This document shows positions 1 through 9,301 of a DNA stretch of 64,000 nucleotides, one piece after another. How positions within the stretch are numbered: the first letter of the stretch is position 1; each line of letters begins with the position of its first letter. This DNA comes from an uncultured candidate division Zixibacteria bacterium (GTDB lineage Bacteria > Zixibacteria > MSB-5A5 > UBA10806 > 4484-95). Made by a program: the position numbers and the translations under genes. The stretch is from NCBI GenBank assembly GCA_963668625.2, contig CAXXKA010000004.1, positions 224,001 to 288,000 on the forward strand. Direction: 5' to 3'. Below the pieces are notes generated by a model that ran no database searches, was not told the DNA's origin, and saw only the letters and a program-made list of their open reading frames with translations.

Positions 1-222
1 CGGAGTTATGAACATATCAGCAAGCTAACTCCCCGGGATTTAGAGGTGGAGAACTGGGATTATATCGAGGATAACCCCGATAGCCTGGCTGTTTTTATTG
101 ATGATAACTACGATAACATAGCCTCACCCGGTATAGCTACGCTTCTCTTTTACGGCGAAATGCGTTATGGGCAAAAATGGTTGAACAGTATCAGAAGAAT
201 ATATAAGAATAGGTTGATATAA
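1..222 (+). CDS. 3' end of a hypothetical protein (truncated by window start)
   Basis: Frame 1 is open from base 1 to TAA at 220-222 (RSYEHISK...YKNRLI*), 11 nt before the next ATG. Confidence 0.6.
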   Translation, partial: RSYEHISKLTPRDLEVENWDYIEDNPDSLAVFIDDNYDNIASPGIATLLFYGEMRYGQKWLNSIRRIYKNRLI

Positions 223-233
223 AATACTCGAGC

Positions 234-716
234 ATGAAACAACCGGAAATCACCATTAGAAGATTCGCGGTTGATGATTATGATGAAGTCAAACGATTAA
301 ACGACCTGGTGTTTGCTCCTCTTGGTATACATGGCTATAGTGCGGATCGTTTTAAAGATTTAGATGATATTTATACTAACTATTACGATAATAACGGCGA
401 ATTCCTGCTTGTAGTATCAAACAGTAAACTGATTGGTATGGGCGGTCTTTACCGTTATGATATTAATACCTGCAAGCTAAAGCGGATGAGAATTCACCCG
501 GATTATCAGCGAAGTGGTCTCGGAAAGCGAATCCTGATCCGACTCGAACAATTTGCTCGAGAGACTAACTATATCAGGATAGTATTACGAACCTCGCCTA
601 AATTAGAAAGCGCCTGTCTTTTCTACGAAAAAAACGGTTACAGCCGTATTGCAAACCCTGATGGTGATAATTTATCCTGGTACGAGAAGATACTCGAGCC
701 ATACCAGAGCGCTTAA
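234..716 (+). CDS. GNAT family N-acetyltransferase
   Basis: Motif A 'RMRIHPDYQRSGLGK' and 'ACLFYEKNGY'. Confidence 0.9.
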   Translation: MKQPEITIRRFAVDDYDEVKRLNDLVFAPLGIHGYSADRFKDLDDIYTNYYDNNGEFLLVVSNSKLIGMGGLYRYDINTCKLKRMRIHPDYQRSGLGKRILIRLEQFARETNYIRIVLRTSPKLESACLFYEKNGYSRIANPDGDNLSWYEKILEPYQSA

Positions 717-779
717 CTCAGAGCTATGGCTTCTGAGGATTTTCCTGAAGTAAAGAACTGATAAACTGAAGTTACGCGG

Positions 780-938
780 AGCCGGAGGCAACACAGTCCC
801 GGGGGCTCCCTTATCTGTCTGTTTACGGGACACCCTCGGGAAGTCAGCCTTCCACGAGGACTATACCTTACAAACGGGCTACATGCCTTCTCGCCTCGCT
901 TTTTGTTGAGAGCCACAGTTCATTAACCTACCCCTGGC
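780..938 (-). ncRNA. Candidate structured ncRNA (rod-like with central bubble, 6S-like architecture)
   Basis: GC-rich intergenic island. Minus-strand nested pairings GCCAGGGGUA/UGCCUCCGGC, GGCUCUC/GGGAGCC and CCUCGUGGAAG/CUUCCCGAGG; G-U wobbles favour the minus strand. Confidence 0.4.
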
Positions 939-1176
939 CAAAGAAGAAATAATTACTTAAATATACTGATTTATCAATCAGATTCATCGTGATATCGATT
1001 TCCAGCTCAAGTTAAGCCAATCGTAGTCATCATGAACCGGAGTACTCCACGATTATAAAAAATCGACTAAACATAATAATAAGTGTTGACATTTATATAA
1101 TTATATTTTATCAAAGTAACGTTATTATTATGCAATTAATAATTTCAGGATATTTAACCAAAAAGAGAAGGGAAAC

Positions 1177-1596
1177 ATGATGCTGTCAGTTAGTGAGGAT
1201 ATCGCTGTTAAAGCGATGGTAAGCATAGCTGCCGCAGATGGAAAGCACCAGTGTAGCATAAACAAGATCTCGGATAGGGAGAAATTGTCGCGCGAATACC
1301 TGGCTAAAATCCTGAAGCGGTTAGTGCAGAAAGGACTGCTCATTTCAAGCCTTGGTTTGCATGGCGGTTATAAACTGGCAAAGCCGGCTTCTGAAATTTC
1401 CATCCTGGATGTCATCGAGGCAATAGATGGCAGCTACGGGTACATCGTCGATTACAGCTCGGATGAAATAGCTGATGCCAAGGGCGGCGCGGCTTATGAT
1501 TTCTGGAAAGACGTACATAAGATGACCAGGGATATGATGGCCAACCAGACCCTGGACAAATTCGATTTCGTCAAGTATTATCCTGATTTTCAATAG
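1177..1596 (+). CDS. Rrf2 family transcriptional regulator (no C-terminal Fe-S cysteines)
   Basis: 'REYLAKILKRL..GLL.S..G..GGYKLAKPASEISILDVIEAIDG'. Confidence 0.9.
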   Translation: MMLSVSEDIAVKAMVSIAAADGKHQCSINKISDREKLSREYLAKILKRLVQKGLLISSLGLHGGYKLAKPASEISILDVIEAIDGSYGYIVDYSSDEIADAKGGAAYDFWKDVHKMTRDMMANQTLDKFDFVKYYPDFQ

Positions 1597-1621
1597 ATAA
1601 TATTTAAATAGATTTGAAAGA

Positions 1622-1649
1622 GCGGGAGGTGAATAGCTTCCCGTTTTTT
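1622..1649 (+). terminator. Probable intrinsic terminator
   Basis: CGGGAGG...CTTCCCG hairpin followed by a T-tract after the Rrf2 stop. Confidence 0.6.
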
Positions 1650-1768
1650 AATGTTACAAGTGGCGCAGAAGCTGCAGTTCCTGAGGCCTCTGGTGGCACA
1701 ATGGCTAAATAGTAGCGCGTGAGACGCAGTCGGGTCAGGCGACCTAACTACACGGGGATAAAGATGTA

Positions 1769-2530
1769 TTACCCTTTGCTTTCGATCGGCGCCTTATCTG
1801 CTCTTTCGAGATTTAGCGATACAGTATTGCCCTCCGATTCTCCTAACATCTGGATGATACGCAGATACAATAGATTCGGGTTGCTCTCGGCCATCTTGGC
1901 GGCGTTGGCCAGGCTACGCATAGCTGCAGTCTCGCCACGGGCTCTCTCTAAGGCGGCGTTGGCCTCCTTGCGGGCTTTTACCGATTGAGCGAACATCTTC
2001 TTGAAATCACCCGGTATAACAATATCCTTTATATCAGCCGATATCAGCTTGATCCCGAACTGCGAAACCTCCTCAGCGATCTGGGCGGTGAGTTTCTCGC
2101 CAAACAAGCTGCGCTCGGTCAGGATGTTGTCTATCTCGGTGGTGGAGATTACGCCTCTCAATGCAATTTGAATGCTCGAATATAATTCATCCTCATACGA
2201 TTGGGTGTTGTGCAAAGCCATGACCGGATCATTAATTTGATATTTTACGACCATGCTGACTTTCACGCCAATACCATCGGAGCTGGGTAACTCCTGCGGT
2301 TTAACATTCAGCACTCTTCTACGGATATCCATTTTCTTGAAAGTCTTATTTTTCCCTATTATCTTATGCTTTCCCGGTCCCAGTGTTTTTATATGTTCTC
2401 CGTTTTTATAAACGATGCCTTTCTCATATTCAAATAACACAACTGTCTTGAAATAGATTTTATATATACCATAACCAAATATAAACATAATCACTATCAT
2501 CAGGAAATTTAAAAAGCCATCATGAAACAT
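1769..2530 (-). CDS. SPFH/band-7 (slipin/stomatin-like) protein
   Basis: N-terminal TM, 'GIKLISADIKDIVIP', 'ALERARGETAAMRSLANAAKM..SNPNLLYLR'; start at ATG 2530 with AAGGAG RBS. Confidence 0.9.
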   Translation of the reverse strand: MFHDGFLNFLMIVIMFIFGYGIYKIYFKTVVLFEYEKGIVYKNGEHIKTLGPGKHKIIGKNKTFKKMDIRRRVLNVKPQELPSSDGIGVKVSMVVKYQINDPVMALHNTQSYEDELYSSIQIALRGVISTTEIDNILTERSLFGEKLTAQIAEEVSQFGIKLISADIKDIVIPGDFKKMFAQSVKARKEANAALERARGETAAMRSLANAAKMAESNPNLLYLRIIQMLGESEGNTVSLNLERADKAPIESKG

Positions 2531-2551
2531 ATTATTCTCCTTTTTAATTTC

Positions 2552-2747
2552 TCCAATTCCGGGGAATATCAAATCTCCGCGGAGGTCTTAACCTGCATGG
2601 CATCGACTCAATCTATTATCCCCCGGAGTTGGAATTTGGCAACGGGAATTGAACCCGGTCTTTATAGGACCCACCTGAGGAAGAAGACTACACGCAGGAC
2701 ATTCCCGGTTGACTACCGGGATAGCTGCTGATTCTTCCATGTAACCA
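2552..2747 (-). ncRNA. Candidate tRNA-like structured leader/ncRNA upstream of the band-7 gene
   Basis: Minus strand: T-arm-like CGGG-UUCAAUU-CCCG, hairpin GGUC-CUAUAAA-GACC, long arm GGAAGAA..UUCUUCC, then a 17-bp stem hairpin at 2552-2633. Confidence 0.5.
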
Positions 2748-2856
2748 TTTAATATTTCGGCACTATTATGAATAATATTATATAATGTAAGTATCAATGA
2801 AAATTGCCGCAGATATTGCCTTATACTCGGATTTCTCCGGCAGGAGTCTCAACCCG

Positions 2857-3564
2857 TTAATTGCCCGTGTAATTAATACGCTCGAAAAACGAATCGCGAT
2901 AGCTGTCGCCTATCGGGATTTTCTGATTATTAATTATTATGAAATATTTCTCTATAACCTCAATCTTACCGAGAGCGACGACGTATGATCTGTGTATCCT
3001 GATAAAATCATCTGTTGGCAGGTTCTCCAGAAGCTCACTCATACTCAAACGAGATAAATACTTCCTGGAACTCGTAACGAAATCAATATAGTGACCATCT
3101 TTTTTCATATACAACAGTTCATTTATATCAACCTGATGGTATTTCGTACCGCTTTTGATGAAAATATGTGATGATTTATTCGAGTCATTGTTAATCGAAT
3201 TGACTGATTCGATTCTCTGCTTTGCTTTGGCCACGGCATTAGAAAATCTGTCGAAAGGAATAGGCTTAAGCAGATAATCAACCGCGTCATATTCATAACT
3301 TTCAACCGCGTATCTCGAATACGCCGTACAGAAGATAGTCAATATTCCTCTGGTTCTCATCAACTCCGAAACCTGTAAACCATCCAGGCCGGGCATATCA
3401 ATATCGAGAAACATGAGATCGATATCATTTTTCGTCAGATACTTTATCGCCTCTATAGGATCAAGGTAACTTCCTGCCAGCTTCAACTCGGATGATCTCT
3501 GAATGTAATCGGTTAAAATATCAATAGCCCCGATCTCATCATCTATAACGATACAACTAATCAT
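2857..3564 (-). CDS. LytTR family response regulator
   Basis: REC domain (DD, FLDIDMP, YLLKP) plus LytTR 'FIRIHRSYVV'. Confidence 0.95.
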   Translation of the reverse strand: MISCIVIDDEIGAIDILTDYIQRSSELKLAGSYLDPIEAIKYLTKNDIDLMFLDIDMPGLDGLQVSELMRTRGILTIFCTAYSRYAVESYEYDAVDYLLKPIPFDRFSNAVAKAKQRIESVNSINNDSNKSSHIFIKSGTKYHQVDINELLYMKKDGHYIDFVTSSRKYLSRLSMSELLENLPTDDFIRIHRSYVVALGKIEVIEKYFIIINNQKIPIGDSYRDSFFERINYTGN

Positions 3565-3567
3565 AAT

Positions 3568-4659
3568 TTATTCTTTCAGGTTCAAAATTAATTCCACCGA
3601 AAATCTATCCTCCGTTTCATCAATAACTAAATCATGACATTTGGGAAATATCAACTCCAATCGTTTTCGGGGGTTCGATAAACCGATACCCGAATGTTTC
3701 GAAAAAGCCCTTTGTGATTTATGCTTGGAGTTTTGTATCTTAAATACGAGATTGCCATTTTGCCGATTAATTTCTATATGAATAAAACTTTTAATATTAG
3801 GCCGAAGACCATGTTTTACGGCATTTTCAATAAACGGCACGAATAACAACGGCGCAATCTGTACATCACTGAAATCTCCGTTTCTGATAAATCGCAAATC
3901 GATATAATCATTCTGAGGAAATTTCAGACTCGCCAGTTCAAGGTAATTTTCAATATGCTCCAGCTCCCTTTCCAGTTCGATTTTCTGCGTGTTGCTGTCA
4001 TATATCATGTATCTCATAATTGATGAGAGCTTTAAAATCGCCTGGCCGGTTTCCTCATCCCTGTTTCTGATAGAGATAGCATAGATATTATTTAATGAGT
4101 TGAAGAAAAAATGCGGATTAATTTGCGACCTGAGGAAGTTTATATCCGCTGTCATCTTCTCGTTAATTAATTTCTGCTGGTTTCTTGTCTTTTTAATCCA
4201 ATCACGGCAGATACCATAAATAATGCCTGAAATACATGCTCCAACGAAAACCGGCAGCTCATATAAGCTGATCTTATGCTGGTTTGGATAAGCAAGCATT
4301 TTATCCGAAACTATATCGGGGACCGTCGGTAAATTGAATAATCTCAGCACCTGATAATCCAGTCCTCTTTTAATGACTAATACGGAAGTAATGGACAACA
4401 ATATCAGCAAGATAAAATGCATATACTTCCTGTTTACGAGAAACTCAGGAACGAGATAGAATGCCGAGAACAGATACAAAACCAGAGCTAAACAGCAATA
4501 TATAAGGCCGGCTATATAAATACTGTTATCGATGCTGTTATATTCGCCCATAAAAACCGGCAAATCGGGATTATACAGGATACTTGCGGTTAAGCCCAGA
4601 AAAATTACAGCTATAATTGATATCTCAATTACTGATCCTTTAAATACTCTACTCATCAC
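3568..4659 (-). CDS. LytS/YehU-type sensor histidine kinase
   Basis: TM N-terminus, 'LRSQINPHFFFNSLNNI', 'FIENAVKHG', 'GIGLSN'. Confidence 0.95.
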   Translation of the reverse strand: MMSRVFKGSVIEISIIAVIFLGLTASILYNPDLPVFMGEYNSIDNSIYIAGLIYCCLALVLYLFSAFYLVPEFLVNRKYMHFILLILLSITSVLVIKRGLDYQVLRLFNLPTVPDIVSDKMLAYPNQHKISLYELPVFVGACISGIIYGICRDWIKKTRNQQKLINEKMTADINFLRSQINPHFFFNSLNNIYAISIRNRDEETGQAILKLSSIMRYMIYDSNTQKIELERELEHIENYLELASLKFPQNDYIDLRFIRNGDFSDVQIAPLLFVPFIENAVKHGLRPNIKSFIHIEINRQNGNLVFKIQNSKHKSQRAFSKHSGIGLSNPRKRLELIFPKCHDLVIDETEDRFSVELILNLKE

Positions 4660-4890
4660 TTAAACTATACGAAAAATTCATGCTTTTGATACCTGAATGA
4701 CCTGAAATACGCTATTTTTGTCATAAACAGCTCAAATTTTCAAAAATCCGAGTTTCCTACAAATCAGGATAACCCTGTATAGCCGATTCATGCCAAACAT
4801 CCGGTGGTTCGTGCAATCCGTGTTGATCAAATGCGATTTTTTCGTAACATAAAGCGAAACAAAAAGACAATTAAAAGAAAGAAATACGTC

Positions 4891-5565
4891 ATGATCAACC
4901 TAAGAAAAACCCAATCCGGAATTATAGCGATCCTGCTGTCTATCCTTTTTCTCAACTCCGCTATAGCTCAATCGGCGGAGGCGGATTCAACCGAGATCGG
5001 TAAAGTAACAATTAACCGCTCCGGCTTTTTATCCAAGGATACGACCATCATTCTCTATCGCAAATACGATCACAAGATACTCCAGGTCGTAGAAAACGGT
5101 AAGGAAGTTGCCGAAGACAAGCTGTACAAGTATGAGAATGAGTTAGAAAATGCCCTGGATAATGATGTTCTGGTGCAAAAGCTTCCAGAAATTGATGAAC
5201 TTGAGAAACGGTTGGATTCACCTGATTTCCCCGATTCCGCGAAATTAGCCGAAATCAAAAGAATCCTTGAAAATATGGATGATATGAAATCGGAGATAGG
5301 CTCGATTAAAGTAAATATGCTCAAAATTCGTAGGGAGATTTTAATAGCCAGAGTCCTCAGGAATGAAATAAGAAACCTCCTTGAAAGCAATAATTTTAAT
5401 CCCGGGGATAATGTGAAAACATTGGAGTTAAGCCGAGGCAAATGCAAAATTGATGGCGTTGAACTAGGGTACGATTTAGCCTGGGAGGTCAGGAAGATAG
5501 TCAATAAATATCGGTTTAAGAAACTTGGCGAGGATGAGTCTATTCAATACGAATTTGATGATTAA
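4891..5565 (+). CDS. Hypothetical secreted protein, divergent from the LytS/LytTR pair
   Basis: Signal peptide 'MINLRKTQSGIIAILLSILFLNSAIA'; ATG 4891 preferred over the GTG at 4804. Confidence 0.75.
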   Translation: MINLRKTQSGIIAILLSILFLNSAIAQSAEADSTEIGKVTINRSGFLSKDTTIILYRKYDHKILQVVENGKEVAEDKLYKYENELENALDNDVLVQKLPEIDELEKRLDSPDFPDSAKLAEIKRILENMDDMKSEIGSIKVNMLKIRREILIARVLRNEIRNLLESNNFNPGDNVKTLELSRGKCKIDGVELGYDLAWEVRKIVNKYRFKKLGEDESIQYEFDD

Positions 5566-6734
5566 AACCTGTACGAAACACGTATATACCCCTTGATGAT
5601 ATCATCCTCATCAATGATGCGTAACTCGGAATCCAAATCCTGTTCACCGTTTTCATCCTCCTCGGCACGACCGTTCGTCCAGCTCCGTCTCTCCCACTCC
5701 AATCCGAAAGTCGTGCTGATCTGACCGTTCTCATTATTGTAATAATTATACCAGCATCCGGCAAACAATGAGATGAAACCTATATCGTTATCGGTCAGGT
5801 CGTCCTCGTAATCGCAGCAGGCGTTTTTTATCCAGCGTTTGGATGACCCGGACATTCGCGCCGCCAGATCGAGATTCAAGCCCTCCTTGCCTCTTTCGAT
5901 CGTGCTAAAACCAATGATATACCCCTCGGCGTAATACTTGGTGGCAAACAGATAATAATCGTTGTTGATATTGCGCAGGTGAAAATAATCCGATGGCCGT
6001 TCCCATTCCGAGTGAAAATAGCCTACTCTTACCGCGTGACGTTTGAATTCTTTCATACTGCCAAGAGAGAACGTGAACTCGTAATCATCGAATATGGTCT
6101 TAAACGATATCTCCTCCCCCGCGTTCACGAATTCGAGGTTATCGGTATCGAAATTGAAATCGATATCATACGGTACGTAGTACAAATCACGCAGCGCGGC
6201 AGCATCACCGAAAAACGCCTCCCGGGTGTACTTGAACCGTAATGACAAAAGCGGTTTGATAAAATAACGTTTCAGCCGCGTATTGTCCCCGCAGAAATAA
6301 TCTGCGAATGGCTCCATCGAGATATCGGCTGTATATTTTTCCAATCCATGCTGATAGCTGGTATTGGTCTCGAACAGCTCTTTCTGGCGATCTGTCGGGA
6401 TAATCGGTCCCTCGTAGGAAAACGATGCCAAATCGATATTAGCCAATACCGTTCCTACCTCGACATTCCCCTGATGCAGCCCCTCGGTTTCGAATGCCAA
6501 TAAGGCCATCTCGCGTTTATGAATTTGCCAGCTCGAGAACTGATAGCCGCCTTTGGCGTAAACATAGAACGATTCCGAGAACTTCCTTTTAAGCTCTTCT
6601 TTTATTTCTTCCTTATCGATCTCTATAGCATGCAACTTGGTGATTCTTAACCCCGGCAATGAGACCGGCATTATCACGAACGCGACAAGACAGATAACTA
6701 ACACCAGTTTGGTAATTGAACGTGTCGTAATCAT
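5562..6734 (-). CDS. Hypothetical exported protein, possibly an outer-membrane beta-barrel
   Basis: N-terminal hydrophobic segment; C-terminus 'GYIRVSYRF' resembles a beta-signal. Confidence 0.7.
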   Translation of the reverse strand: MITTRSITKLVLVICLVAFVIMPVSLPGLRITKLHAIEIDKEEIKEELKRKFSESFYVYAKGGYQFSSWQIHKREMALLAFETEGLHQGNVEVGTVLANIDLASFSYEGPIIPTDRQKELFETNTSYQHGLEKYTADISMEPFADYFCGDNTRLKRYFIKPLLSLRFKYTREAFFGDAAALRDLYYVPYDIDFNFDTDNLEFVNAGEEISFKTIFDDYEFTFSLGSMKEFKRHAVRVGYFHSEWERPSDYFHLRNINNDYYLFATKYYAEGYIIGFSTIERGKEGLNLDLAARMSGSSKRWIKNACCDYEDDLTDNDIGFISLFAGCWYNYYNNENGQISTTFGLEWERRSWTNGRAEEDENGEQDLDSELRIIDEDDIIKGYIRVSYRF

Positions 6735-6843
6735 TTAAAAAACTGAGTTCGAAAGTTTATCCCTGTACTTAGAGATAATATAAGAATTCGAATTAAGAGA
6801 ACAAAGGACAATTTAATAATTATCGAGCGAAACTATGAAATAA

Positions 6844-6886
6844 GTAGCTCAGGAGCTGTAGCTCCTGAGGAGCCGAAGGCGATAGG
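6844..6886 (+). repeat. GTAG-REP hairpin (5' part of the composite repeat family)
   Basis: GTAG-CTCAGGAGC-TGTA-GCTCCTGAG-GAGCCGAAGGCGATAGG. Confidence 0.85.
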
Positions 6887-6963
6887 AACAGTCCACCGAT
6901 CTCTCGCACACCCGGCAACAAAATCAATAAGAATACGTATTGCTTTAATTATGGGCATCATCA

Positions 6964-8406
6964 ATGAAAAAAAAGAGGATTGATATGAATGAATTGACCG
7001 GATCGAAACGTGTCATCTTGTGTTTTATCGTACTTTTTCTTGCAGCATTAGGTACTCGGGCTTTCGCCTGCACCTCATTCACCCTGAAACAAAACGGCAA
7101 CCTCTATTTCGCGCACAGCCTCAATATGGGCAGTTTCGAAAGCATACCGGGAAACGTCTTTATCAATAAACGGAATGTCTGGAAGAACGGCTACAGTTGG
7201 GAGAACCTCCAGCAGACCGATCATAGGACGCCCTCCCTGGTCTGGAAATCACGCTACGGCTCGGTAACATTCAGCCCTTTCGGGCATGAGCTTCCTGATG
7301 GCGGCATTAACGAGGCGGGGTTATTTATCTATGAGATGGGATTCAATCCGACTGTCTATCCCGATGATCCGGCCAAACCAAAGCTGTTTCAGATGCAGTG
7401 GATGCAATACGTTCTCGATAACTTCGCCACGACTAATCAGGTAATCGCTAACTCCTATGAGATGTCCATCGATGGCTGGGGCTGGCATTACTTCGTTTCA
7501 GATAGCTCCGGCAATTCTGCGATCATCGATTTCATTGACGGCAAACCTGTCGTATACCATGACGATAATCTTCCCCTGCCGCTGTGCTGCAATTCCTCCT
7601 ATGATGAGGCGATGAAATTCCTGACTCAACATAAAGGTTTCGGCGGTACGTTGGAGATCGAACAAAATTTCGAGGAGATTCCCCGGTTTATCTACGGCGC
7701 TAAACTGCTATCCGAGTTTTCCGATCATAATCCCGTTGACTACGCTTTCATGATGCTTGACCGGATGAGTACCAATGTCCGCTGGTCAGTCGTTTTCGAT
7801 TTAACGAATATGACCGCGTACTTCAAGACCAATATCAACCAAAGCGTAAAAAGCTTCTCATTTTCAGAAATCGATTTCAACAATGGTCGCCTGGCTGAGA
7901 TGACGGATATCGAGCACGCGGACCCGGGAGATATTCGTAACAGCTTCATTCCCTACGATAGGCGGAGAGACAGTCAGTCGGTTCAAAATATACTGCAGTA
8001 TTTCTTCGGTGACTCCGTTGATATCGAAAAGCTCGCTAACAGCATAGTCGATAGAATTCATGTGTCCCCTGATTTCAAGGGCTGCCATATTCAAGATGAA
8101 TGGATCGGAACAATCGAATACCAAACCGCTGATGGCGCAGTCGGCGCTCATCCTTTTGAGTTGACGATTCGATACGGCAATGGTGTACTGCTTGGCACGA
8201 TTAACGACAGTATTCATTTCAACGATACACCTCTGTCGAATCTATCCTATGAAGGCGGCCTGCTCAATTTCACATCCTTTATGGCCGGTAACAGTGAGTT
8301 AGCCTATTTCAGTTTTTACACTAATGGTGAAACTATCAAGGGAGCTATGAATATATGGAACTGGGAACAGCCGGTAACCGCGACGATTGAATTACATAGA
8401 AAGTAA
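6964..8406 (+). CDS. Linear amide C-N hydrolase (choloylglycine hydrolase/penicillin V acylase family, Ntn hydrolase), secreted, with C-terminal extension
   Basis: Signal peptide ending AFA then catalytic 'CTSF'; 'WKSRYGSVTF', 'DGGINEAGL', 'WMQYVLDNFAT'; start could be 6985. Confidence 0.9.
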   Translation: MKKKRIDMNELTGSKRVILCFIVLFLAALGTRAFACTSFTLKQNGNLYFAHSLNMGSFESIPGNVFINKRNVWKNGYSWENLQQTDHRTPSLVWKSRYGSVTFSPFGHELPDGGINEAGLFIYEMGFNPTVYPDDPAKPKLFQMQWMQYVLDNFATTNQVIANSYEMSIDGWGWHYFVSDSSGNSAIIDFIDGKPVVYHDDNLPLPLCCNSSYDEAMKFLTQHKGFGGTLEIEQNFEEIPRFIYGAKLLSEFSDHNPVDYAFMMLDRMSTNVRWSVVFDLTNMTAYFKTNINQSVKSFSFSEIDFNNGRLAEMTDIEHADPGDIRNSFIPYDRRRDSQSVQNILQYFFGDSVDIEKLANSIVDRIHVSPDFKGCHIQDEWIGTIEYQTADGAVGAHPFELTIRYGNGVLLGTINDSIHFNDTPLSNLSYEGGLLNFTSFMAGNSELAYFSFYTNGETIKGAMNIWNWEQPVTATIELHRK

Positions 8407-8470
8407 ACGACCGCAATAAACATCACGATATCACTGGTTAAATCCCGGCAAATGTGAGAACTTGCTTATC

Positions 8471-8887
8471 TTACAAAAGGCATCTTTCGAACGCCTGTTT
8501 CAGAGCGGTAATATCTTTCGTCCAGATAATTATTAGATCGGGAATATCTTTTCTGTTATGATAAATCTTTAGCCCCTGAGAAATCATTCTGTTTATATGT
8601 TCAACACCTCTTATCTCGCCTTTTTTAAAAACAATAGTATTACGCGGATAAGCGACCACCGCGAATCCCTCATACACGGCAACGCGTACGAATGGAATAG
8701 TCCAGTTGATAGCATTAAACCGTCCCCCGGCTTTCTCCTGATACACCGGCCATTGCCCAATCTCCTCCGGGGCCAGTCGTTCGCAGTCTCGACGGGTCTT
8801 ACGCAAAAAGATAATAAATACTATCGGGATAAGTGTTAGTAATACAATCGATATTATTAGACCGACCATACCTGGAGTTCCTCTCAT
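8471..8887 (-). CDS. Hypothetical membrane protein
   Basis: N-terminal TM helix; start placed at ATG 8887 because the longer ORF runs through REP repeats. Confidence 0.7.
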   Translation of the reverse strand: MRGTPGMVGLIISIVLLTLIPIVFIIFLRKTRRDCERLAPEEIGQWPVYQEKAGGRFNAINWTIPFVRVAVYEGFAVVAYPRNTIVFKKGEIRGVEHINRMISQGLKIYHNRKDIPDLIIIWTKDITALKQAFERCLL

Positions 8888-8945
8888 GTTTATTCTTAAT
8901 CTAATATATAATAATCTGATAATATATATAAATAAAAATGACAAA

Positions 8946-9128
8946 TAGCTCCTGAGGAGCCAAAGGCGATAGGGATGCCCGCAAATCTTCCGCATTCCCC
9001 GCCCCATGTCGGGAGCTGGCGTAGCCATCCCTACAGGACACGGCTCTCCGACCTGCGCCACCGCCCTGTGCTCGCGGGCTGTACTACTGCAAAGAGGCCT
9101 CAGGATGTCGTTCCTTCCATCCTGAGGC
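8946..9128 (+). repeat. Composite REP-like element, 5'-truncated copy
   Basis: Closely matches 14222-14420; ends in GCCTCAGGATG..CATCCTGAGGC. Confidence 0.9.
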
Positions 9129-9154
9129 ATGTGTGAATTTTCTATCCAGCTACA

Positions 9155-9228
9155 GTAGCTCAGGAGCTGTAGCTCCTGAGGAGCCAAAGGCGATAGGGAT
9201 GCCCGCAAATCTTCCGCATTCCCCGCCC
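9155..9228 (+). repeat. Composite REP-like element, 5' part
   Basis: GTAGCTCAGGAGCTGTAGCTCCTGAGGAGCCAAAGGCGATAGGGATGCCCGCAAATC... Confidence 0.9.
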
Positions 9229-9231
9229 CAC

Positions 9232-9270
9232 AAAAAAAGCGCCAGGATGTCATCTCTTCCATCCTGGCGC
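9232..9270 (-). terminator. Intrinsic terminator of the S8 peptidase gene
   Basis: GCGCCAGGATG..CATCCTGGCGC hairpin plus U-tract on the minus strand; resembles the terminal hairpin of the REP element. Confidence 0.7.
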
Positions 9271-9301
9271 GCGTAATGAGCAAGCTGCAATTTTCTGATC
9301 G

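Noticed and set aside
8888-9283. N-terminal extension of ORF 8471..9283; likewise ORFs 14189..14422, 14209..14541, 19244..19456 and the extension of 15746..16819
   Set aside because: Their shared peptides ('MPQDGRNDILRPL', 'MATPAPD') are translations of the REP-like repeat, not evidence of a protein family.
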